Positions 57,254 through 64,000 of a DNA stretch of 64,000 nucleotides are shown piece by piece. Every line of letters starts with the position of its first letter. The stretch's first letter is position 1. The DNA lies in IMG/VR virus record IMGVR_UViG_3300027782_000025, positions 62,001 to 126,000 of that record, one strand, 5' to 3'. The notes beneath the pieces were generated by a model, which saw nothing but the letters and a program-made list of their open reading frames with translations, searched no databases and was not told where the DNA came from. The position numbers and the translations under genes were made by a program.

Positions 57254-59224
57254 TTATTTTCTCTTTTGTCTATAAAATTTAGGAGGCGTAACCAAAGGTC
57301 TACCTCCTACGGAAGGTATAGCTCCAAGCTGATATGTAAATTGATCAAGAACACGCTGAGCTGCTATTTCTGGCAAATCGATTGGCTCCATGCTCATTGG
57401 TATTAACAAGCTCGATCCGCCTTTTTCAATAAACGACTGCTGGTCGACTACACGTTGTTCATCAGTCAATATGGTCGGGCCAACCATCGATCTAAAATCA
57501 GTATTGTGATTAGCTGGTGAGACGATTCCACCATCGTCGATAAAAGCGTCGCTAGTACCGATGAAGGCAAGAGCTGTTGCAATTACTAGATCGTCGAAGT
57601 TGCCTGCACCGTCTTCTGCCTCAGTTTTAGATGTATCCCGCCCTGACTTGTCTCTTTTTCGAACATACGTCTGAAATTGCTTCAGTAACCTCTGAGAATA
57701 AACCCTATATCCTGAGTCATCCTCTCTAATATAATCGATCAGAAATTTATTCATTGTTGGCTTACTAGAAGCAGTTGTCGCATAACCATATGGCGCCACT
57801 TTTAAGGCTCTAGGCCGGCGCTTTTTACCACCTGCTTGTGGCTTATCATTAATGTCTTTACGGCGCCATAATCTGGGATACATAAAATCATGACGCAATG
57901 CATCGATGATAATATCTCCACCATTATTTCGCTCTATAACCGCTAGGGCGTTGTTATAATATCGTCCAATCCTGTCGATATATTTTGCTAATTCCCTCGG
58001 TAATACTCTTGCCATAAATTCAGCAGCTTGCTCCCTGGTGTCGAGATCGAACACCTCTATGGTACTATAATCCCTGCCTTTACCAGTTGCTATATCGACA
58101 CCCATTACATATCGATGAGCTGGTTTGCTTTCTTCCAGTATGATCTTGCCTCTTCGTCTCTCAGGAGACCGGTTTATTGGTTTATGCCATATCCAAAAAC
58201 CCTGATCAGGGTCGATGAAAGAAAAATCAAGCTCGCTAACGACATTATTGGTCGGATGTGTGAAGGTCTGAAGACCATTGACTTTTTCTACAGGCGGTTT
58301 AATCGTTAGAGCAACTGCAGCAAGAGCGTTTTTATCAAGCACGGTGTTACCTGAGCCGATAAAGGCCGCCAATACTTCCTGTTCAAATTTCCAGCCTTCC
58401 CCCTGCTCTTGCAAAGCTTGCCATTGTTCTTCGAGCCAAGGTGACCAATATGGACCATATTTTGATATTTCGGCTTTCCCTGAACATTGACGTAGATTGT
58501 CCCTCGGAGCTATACGCTTCTTATCTAATGATAGCGGGTCAGTATATTCTATAGACCAGTCCATATCCCACCAATTTATAATAATCGGATTAAATGGACT
58601 AACTCCAGCTTCTGCATCTGTCCATGCGCTCCAGTACCAATTACCAACACCATTGCTAGTGCTAATGCAAATAACCGAACCCCCGTGCTGCAAGGTCGGC
58701 CAACCTGCTGCCCATAGGACATCCATATTAGGGATAAACGCGGCCTCATCGATAATATTTAAGGATGCCGCATGGGATCTTAACACTTCTGGATGCGAAG
58801 TAAGAGACTGAATCTTGGAGCCGTTAGGAAAGAATACTTCATGCTCATTTTGCTTCGTAGGAGTCCAGATCTCGCGCATCCAAGGAGGTAAGTTGTTAAA
58901 CAAAAAATAAATATGCTCGCGCAAGAAGGACATTGCATCTTCATTACGTCTTGAGACTATCAAAATGGTCTTATGAGCATTAAACATGGCAAACCAGAGA
59001 GCGAAAGCTCCGGATATCTTTGAGACACCCGCTTGGCGACATTTTCTGAATATGTTAAGTCGGTTTTTTCTAAAGCATGTCAGAGCATGTAACTGGTATT
59101 TAAATGGATCGAAAGGAATAACACCAGCCGAGGGATGCTTAATCTTTCCGAAATTACGCAAAAACCAAGCTACGGATTTTTGGCAACGTTTAATAACTTC
59201 TAATTTAGCTTGTTCTGGCGTCAT
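57254..59224 (-). CDS. terminase large subunit (T4 gp17-like)
   Basis: FKYQ, KCRQAGVS (Walker A), IIDEAAF (Walker B), ISTSNG, YVMGVDIATG, IERN, FDDLVIA. Confidence 0.96.
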   Translation of the reverse strand: MTPEQAKLEVIKRCQKSVAWFLRNFGKIKHPSAGVIPFDPFKYQLHALTCFRKNRLNIFRKCRQAGVSKISGAFALWFAMFNAHKTILIVSRRNEDAMSFLREHIYFLFNNLPPWMREIWTPTKQNEHEVFFPNGSKIQSLTSHPEVLRSHAASLNIIDEAAFIPNMDVLWAAGWPTLQHGGSVICISTSNGVGNWYWSAWTDAEAGVSPFNPIIINWWDMDWSIEYTDPLSLDKKRIAPRDNLRQCSGKAEISKYGPYWSPWLEEQWQALQEQGEGWKFEQEVLAAFIGSGNTVLDKNALAAVALTIKPPVEKVNGLQTFTHPTNNVVSELDFSFIDPDQGFWIWHKPINRSPERRRGKIILEESKPAHRYVMGVDIATGKGRDYSTIEVFDLDTREQAAEFMARVLPRELAKYIDRIGRYYNNALAVIERNNGGDIIIDALRHDFMYPRLWRRKDINDKPQAGGKKRRPRALKVAPYGYATTASSKPTMNKFLIDYIREDDSGYRVYSQRLLKQFQTYVRKRDKSGRDTSKTEAEDGAGNFDDLVIATALAFIGTSDAFIDDGGIVSPANHNTDFRSMVGPTILTDEQRVVDQQSFIEKGGSSLLIPMSMEPIDLPEIAAQRVLDQFTYQLGAIPSVGGRPLVTPPKFYRQKRK

Positions 59225-59718
59225 ATGTCATCATTTTCGCCTAGTGGTTGGCTTAAAATTCTTTCTAGCATGTTCGAATCAATTCCAGCGCTAACAGTAT
59301 TTTGCTGAATATTGATGCTAGACTTGGTAGCGGCCAAAGTTTTAGCGTTAGCTTCGATCATTTTAACGGCCGTAGTATTAATATTCGACTTTACTTCGAT
59401 CGCCTTTACAAGCGATTCAATTATACCAGTAGACAATTTAGAGCCTGTTCCGATAGCACTTTCTACTTGATCGCGCAACATGTTTATAAGATCTTGAGTT
59501 TCAGCCCGATCTGCCTTGCATGCCTTTAAAACATCATCAGTAACATCATCTAACCTACGCAAGTATTTGGTTATATCGACAGCTTCTGGTTCAACGCTTG
59601 CGTTATTAGGATTTAATGTAGATATAACATGTGGGGCTACATTGGCTAAGTCTAGTGTAGAGGGAACTTGGTCGCTGGCCTTGTCTAAATCTCTAAATAA
59701 ATCATTTAGTTCTGTCAT
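59221..59718 (-). CDS. putative terminase small subunit
   Basis: 165 aa helical protein directly upstream of and coupled to TerL; 'NIQQNTV' C-terminal strand. Confidence 0.55.
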   Translation of the reverse strand: MTELNDLFRDLDKASDQVPSTLDLANVAPHVISTLNPNNASVEPEAVDITKYLRRLDDVTDDVLKACKADRAETQDLINMLRDQVESAIGTGSKLSTGIIESLVKAIEVKSNINTTAVKMIEANAKTLAATKSSINIQQNTVSAGIDSNMLERILSQPLGENDDI

Positions 59719-60151
59719 CCGATTTTTCCTCGGCGTTTTTATCTATCAACGACACTGATAAATTAGAAGATGCTAACTTTTCATGCAATTCTGTCACAGT
59801 AATCTTCTGGTCATCTATCAATTTTAACAATTTATCGAGTTTACCTTCAGTATGGACAGTATTGGCTTTTTTGCGTTGTGTCCTTGTGCTCTTTTTATGT
59901 GCTTGCTTGGTAGCTCCATGACTCATTTGGTCAATGGGCTTTTTTTTGGGGTGCACTCTTCCAGCAAGATCAAATGGCTTTACCCTGCTATGTCCAGTCG
60001 GATTATCGATCCTGTTCTTTTTGCCGACTCTAGTTCGTCTGCGTACTCTTTCTATAACTGAGCCGCCCATAGATTCAGCTATAAAACTATTAAATTCTTC
60101 CAAGGTTAATGACTGATCAGCGATTTTTTCTACTATTAGATCGTATTTCAT
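59702..60151 (-). CDS. basic hypothetical protein
   Basis: 149 aa; LIVE / FIAES sites then Arg/Lys-rich core. Confidence 0.6.
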   Translation of the reverse strand: MKYDLIVEKIADQSLTLEEFNSFIAESMGGSVIERVRRRTRVGKKNRIDNPTGHSRVKPFDLAGRVHPKKKPIDQMSHGATKQAHKKSTRTQRKKANTVHTEGKLDKLLKLIDDQKITVTELHEKLASSNLSVSLIDKNAEEKSDDRTK

Positions 60152-60152
60152 T

Positions 60153-61106
60153 TTACTCTTCCTCTTCGTCGAGTATTACTTTTTTGCGCTCAAGGGAGTT
60201 ATTGGTGGACCCTCGGTTTATTGGCGAATCGGTAAATTCTGTGCTTCTTAATTTGAGTAATTTTAAAAAACCAGTAATTATAAATCTCGATAATTTAGTT
60301 TTTTCTATCAATTTTCCGACTAAACCATCATGTGGTTTATCATCAGTCCGTATCAATAGATCCAAAGCTTCGATAATAATTATATGTTCTTCATTATATT
60401 GGCATATGTTCTTGGCTTCTCCGAGAAATCTAGCCATAACGTCGTTTTGAGTTTTAGTCTTGGTGCCGACATGATTCAAATAGGCATCACTATTCTTCCT
60501 ATCACGTCCCTCTTTTTTGATGTATGCCAATATGACTGTTCTCGCTACTTGCGACCACATATTGAATACTTTACTTGCGCCTTTATATAATATAGTGGTA
60601 GAGCCACCAAATAATCCTTGCTTCGGCTCAATGATCGGTGCTTCTGAAAAGGTCGAGCTGCATACTTTACACTTTTTGATGAGCTTAACTGTTTCTTCTA
60701 ATCTAAGTATACCATATTCTAATTGGCTTGGCGAATACAAAATTGAATCGCTTGGTCTGTCCGGATTGTAGCATCTACGGCAATGCGGCCTAGCTTTATA
60801 TTTATATAGTACTTTTTCGACTTGGCACCAAGCGGTGTTGACAAGATCTCCCATGGAGGAGTCTTCCTGGCCTGGATAGATCATATGGAGGCCTTGCTTC
60901 CTGATGATCTGCCTGATTAATTCTGAGGCGTTGGACATAATAGCATCGCGTAGACTAACATCAGTACATCCTGTCCAAATGTACTTGGTTAAATTCCATT
61001 CTACTATTTCATTTATAAAATATAAGCGTTTAGGTACTTCAGAGGCATCACTTACCAAATAATGCGCTGGGCACTTTAAATCTGGATCTGATGAGTTCGC
61101 TTCCAT
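60153..61106 (-). CDS. gp55-like late sigma factor with zinc-ribbon insertion
   Basis: YFINE..., GDLVNTAWCQVEKVLYKY, SKVFNMWSQVARTVILAYIKKE; position after UvsW-like helicase; CRRC/CKVC; true start may be downstream of 61106. Confidence 0.6.
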   Translation of the reverse strand: MEANSSDPDLKCPAHYLVSDASEVPKRLYFINEIVEWNLTKYIWTGCTDVSLRDAIMSNASELIRQIIRKQGLHMIYPGQEDSSMGDLVNTAWCQVEKVLYKYKARPHCRRCYNPDRPSDSILYSPSQLEYGILRLEETVKLIKKCKVCSSTFSEAPIIEPKQGLFGGSTTILYKGASKVFNMWSQVARTVILAYIKKEGRDRKNSDAYLNHVGTKTKTQNDVMARFLGEAKNICQYNEEHIIIIEALDLLIRTDDKPHDGLVGKLIEKTKLSRFIITGFLKLLKLRSTEFTDSPINRGSTNNSLERKKVILDEEEE

Positions 61107-62640
61107 CTAGTACACCATTCGGAAAGATCACGGTAGACGGATAGCCTATGTGATCTATTATCTTCAACCTTGCTTTAGAGTGGTTATATAGGTATTTGTT
61201 ATTTCGAAAATAAAAATCATATATAACACTCTTTCCGCGTTTATTTAGCCGCAAGGCTCGACCTATTTTTTGCTCGAAATCCGATTGTAATTTACCACCA
61301 GTAGCCACAATCAACCTCTCGCATCCGCCTTTTAAATCCAAACCCCGATTGATTATTTTTCCACCGATAAGAATCTGGAACTTCCTATCCTCAAAGTCCC
61401 TAATTACTTCCCTGCGTGTATTCTTATCAGTCTTACCGAAAATAAAATGTGCTGGATAACCAGCACTATTAAACAATTCGAGCAAACTACGGCCAAGAAC
61501 CTCTCTATCTACTAAAATTAGTACTCCATCACCTTCTGGTAATTTATTAGTAGCTATACGATATATTAAGGAATGAAAATCGGCGTTTTCAACCATAAAA
61601 TCATTTATAGCTATATCATAGGCCGTCGACTCCTTGATATCGCCCAGACCGCCGACACAAAACATCTTGTACTCACAAGGAATAATCCTTCCAAGGCTGG
61701 TTAATAAAGCCCTGTCGACTCTGTGAATAATCGACCCTAGATGCTCCTGCACCACCAAAGCTTCAACCGGCTTAGAAGGATCAGTAGGAGTACCACTAAA
61801 ACCATATCTTCTACGGCCATGAAAGTGATTCCTAAAAAGATTTTTATATGATTCACTGCAAGCCTTGTCGCATTCATCGACTAGTAACATTTCAGCTTTA
61901 TGAATATAATCTAATAATTCATTAGCATTCGCCTTGCGGGTCTCGAATGCTTTAAGCTGATTCTCGAACCTATTGTAACGCTTGGTATATTGGTGTTCAT
62001 CCTCGCCTTTAAGATGCTTGGGCGGTACCGGTGCCGCTTTAGGCGGTGTAAGAGACTGTATCGAACCTACGACAATAGTCTGACCATTCGGCTTATGCCC
62101 AGCATAAAACATCCCTACTTCGTCCTTAATATCTCGTAACAATAAACGTGATCGCGCCTGTTCTACAACAATTGTCTGATCAGCCAGAATGACCGTAGGG
62201 CAGTCGAAGATCTTGCAAATCGCACACGCCACTTCTGTCTTACCGGCGCCAGTTGGTAAAGCAATGATCCCACATTCATTGGTAATCGCTTCTTTTATCG
62301 AAGTCAGCTGGTATTCTTCAAGGGTAATATCTGGTAACATGTCAGGCGTGACGATATCAACAGTCGGTACAGGGTATCTCCAAGCATCTCTTGCATCGGT
62401 TATAGAAAGCGGTAAATTATGCTTCTTACACACTTCGATCACTAGAGCCAACAATGGCCTAGCGATTTTCTTTCTTGAACGATTATATTTTCTATAGACA
62501 CCATCCCATTGCCCTCGCTGGTTAGGATCTATGTAGGTCCCAGGCCTTGAGACGCTGAAAGCCTCCCATAGAACATTATCTTCATGCTGGGTGATGTTTT
62601 CAAAATAAACAAAATTATTGTCGCGTATGATTGCATTCAT
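61048..62640 (-). CDS. uvsW: SF2 DNA helicase (UvsW-like)
   Basis: EYQ, LPTGAGKT, LVDECD, FSGTP, RGLD, QKIGRALR. Confidence 0.88.
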   Translation of the reverse strand: MNAIIRDNNFVYFENITQHEDNVLWEAFSVSRPGTYIDPNQRGQWDGVYRKYNRSRKKIARPLLALVIEVCKKHNLPLSITDARDAWRYPVPTVDIVTPDMLPDITLEEYQLTSIKEAITNECGIIALPTGAGKTEVACAICKIFDCPTVILADQTIVVEQARSRLLLRDIKDEVGMFYAGHKPNGQTIVVGSIQSLTPPKAAPVPPKHLKGEDEHQYTKRYNRFENQLKAFETRKANANELLDYIHKAEMLLVDECDKACSESYKNLFRNHFHGRRRYGFSGTPTDPSKPVEALVVQEHLGSIIHRVDRALLTSLGRIIPCEYKMFCVGGLGDIKESTAYDIAINDFMVENADFHSLIYRIATNKLPEGDGVLILVDREVLGRSLLELFNSAGYPAHFIFGKTDKNTRREVIRDFEDRKFQILIGGKIINRGLDLKGGCERLIVATGGKLQSDFEQKIGRALRLNKRGKSVIYDFYFRNNKYLYNHSKARLKIIDHIGYPSTVIFPNGVLDGSELIRSRFKVPSALFGK

Positions 62641-62661
62641 AGCTTAATAATACATCGATAA

Positions 62662-62919
62662 TTATTTTCCGGTTATAGTTTTAATGTGTTCTTGGTGCTT
62701 TTCTTCTGGCAGGTACCATGGTATCTTAGGCGTCGTTTTTTGTATAGGCTGGTCACTATTTATCCAGCCGTCCCTTATAGAGTATCGGCCAGAAAAGCAA
62801 GCACACTCTATAGAACAAAAGCTTATCTCTTGGTTACTCTCAGATATGATCCTATCGCAGCACGCACAATGGGTATGGATATTGTCTATTCTACAACATT
62901 TATCGTTTAGTGTTGACAT
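62662..62919 (-). CDS. small Cys-rich (zinc-binding) protein
   Basis: CACCDRII...FCSIECAC. Confidence 0.55.
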   Translation of the reverse strand: MSTLNDKCCRIDNIHTHCACCDRIISESNQEISFCSIECACFSGRYSIRDGWINSDQPIQKTTPKIPWYLPEEKHQEHIKTITGK

Positions 62920-62975
62920 AATATCTATTTAAGCTATGTCTGTGTATCGTCGTAACATAATAAGCTATGTTTGAT

Positions 62976-64000
62976 CTAGCTCAATTCGCAACTGTCACCG
63001 TCACAGAATTTACTACCAAGGGCCTCATTGATAAACTCGGAATAGTCGGCGTCTCTAATGCCCTTATTATATTCGTCGACTTCTTCTTTGGTACAAGGGA
63101 TATAGGGGGCCTGTGGATAATTATGGCCAGTATGTGGGAGGAAGCTAATGCCCTTGGTTTGGTCTTCGTAAACCTCGAGCACCTTACTGATCTCCTTCGC
63201 CTCATTTTGCTTAAACTTGATAGTGCAGCTAACCTGATTGTCTGCCCAATAACGCTGATAATCGGTAGCATTGGCCATCTGCTGCCAAATACCTGCCTCG
63301 TCAACTGCTTTCACCCTCTCGTCGGTAACACCGAAGTACACCACAACGGTCCTATCTTTATCAGTGATAGATGGCTCGATTCTGTAGCCGGCATCAGATA
63401 AGATTTTAACTAGCACACTATCTTTAGCCACCCTAACAGTACGCCAGTAAGTGCCAGCCTCAGGATAATGAATGCCTGGGGTCGCGCCAGCAAGCAAGGA
63501 TACCGATCCAGAAGGCTTGACACTTGTGACTTTGATAGACTTTTGAATACACAACCAATCAGCATATATCGAATCCCATCGCTTAATCTCTTGGAATCCG
63601 GCATCACAGAATTCAGTAAGCATCTTACGCCTGCCGAATTTAGCGAACGCTTGAACTATGCCTGACTGCGATAAACCAATACGCCTATTCCTAAGCATAA
63701 CATGATTGGTGCGGGCATTGTGGGTAGGAAGTAAAGTGACAGTCTTAGCATAAAGATATGCGAATTTTAAAGTCCTCATGTAATCATCGACATTATCGTG
63801 ATTGGCAGGAAAAGTCTCGCAGAGGCAACATAGTTCGTACGATTCTAACGACTGCTCACAGCATGGGTTAGTACCCATCACCCTACCGTCAATACCCGGC
63901 TGTCTGCCATCTATCATTCTACCATAATCCCTAATATTATCTAGCCAAATTAGGCCTGGCTCTCCATTGGCAGCTATCTGTTCGCCTATCTTATCATAAT
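62976..64000 (-). CDS. nrdJ: class II (adenosylcobalamin) ribonucleotide reductase, 3' part
   Basis: frame continues to window edge (NGEPGLIWL); GTNPCCEQSL, RRIGLS, TSVKPSGS, WADNQVSCT, C-terminal CDGDSC. Confidence 0.93.
   Translation of the reverse strand, partial: YDKIGEQIAANGEPGLIWLDNIRDYGRMIDGRQPGIDGRVMGTNPCCEQSLESYELCCLCETFPANHDNVDDYMRTLKFAYLYAKTVTLLPTHNARTNHVMLRNRRIGLSQSGIVQAFAKFGRRKMLTEFCDAGFQEIKRWDSIYADWLCIQKSIKVTSVKPSGSVSLLAGATPGIHYPEAGTYWRTVRVAKDSVLVKILSDAGYRIEPSITDKDRTVVVYFGVTDERVKAVDEAGIWQQMANATDYQRYWADNQVSCTIKFKQNEAKEISKVLEVYEDQTKGISFLPHTGHNYPQAPYIPCTKEEVDEYNKGIRDADYSEFINEALGSKFCDGDSCELS

Noticed and set aside
62930-62970. Direct repeat TAAGCTATGT x2 as operator
   Set aside because: Two AT-rich copies only, not noticed elsewhere
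63820-63875. Extra Cys in RNR motif NPCCE
   Set aside because: The position after the catalytic Cys is variable in class II RNRs; no evidence of special function
1-64000. Stop-codon recoding (TAG or TGA) as in some jumbo phages
   Set aside because: Core genes are intact in code 11, coding density is high, and TAG and TGA both end genes at sensible positions
1-64000. tRNA or other structured RNA genes
   Set aside because: Intergenic gaps are short and no cloverleaf or T-loop signature was recognised; a covariance search was not possible

Overview
This 64 kb window is a densely coding, AT-rich segment of a large T4-like (likely jumbo) tailed phage genome, read in the standard code with most genes on the minus strand. 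Right end, in transcription order: a partial class II ribonucleotide reductase, a UvsW-like helicase and a gp55-like late sigma factor. These are followed by a full head module: TerS candidate, TerL, portal with a 160-aa mini-intein, a 1047-aa acidic core protein, gp21 protease, scaffold and gp23 major capsid. Next come probable internal head proteins, a nucleotidyltransferase, collagen/Asp-box tail fibre proteins, a gp2-like DNA end protector, baseplate proteins and glycosyl/methyltransferases. Plus-strand islands carry a Nudix hydrolase, a sigma70 factor, an exported protein plus papain-like protease, tmk and dut. Most notable: (i) three sigma-like factors, including a 642-aa sigma70 with large insertions that sits behind a late promoter and carries prohead-protease-type sites, so it may be virion-packaged; (ii) many orphan genes sharing an N-terminal M-[KN]-[IL]-x-x-[IL]-[IL]-(x)-E signature resembling the T4 capsid-targeting peptide; (iii) a recurrent TAAATA(TA) late-promoter motif; (iv) an unannotated 55-aa, 60% acidic microprotein; (v) a CxxCH exported protein and a metallothionein-like Cys cluster. 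Several genes hint at a Planctomycetota host (inference). All family calls come from motif recognition by eye; no database searches were run. No tRNA, rRNA or CRISPR array was seen.
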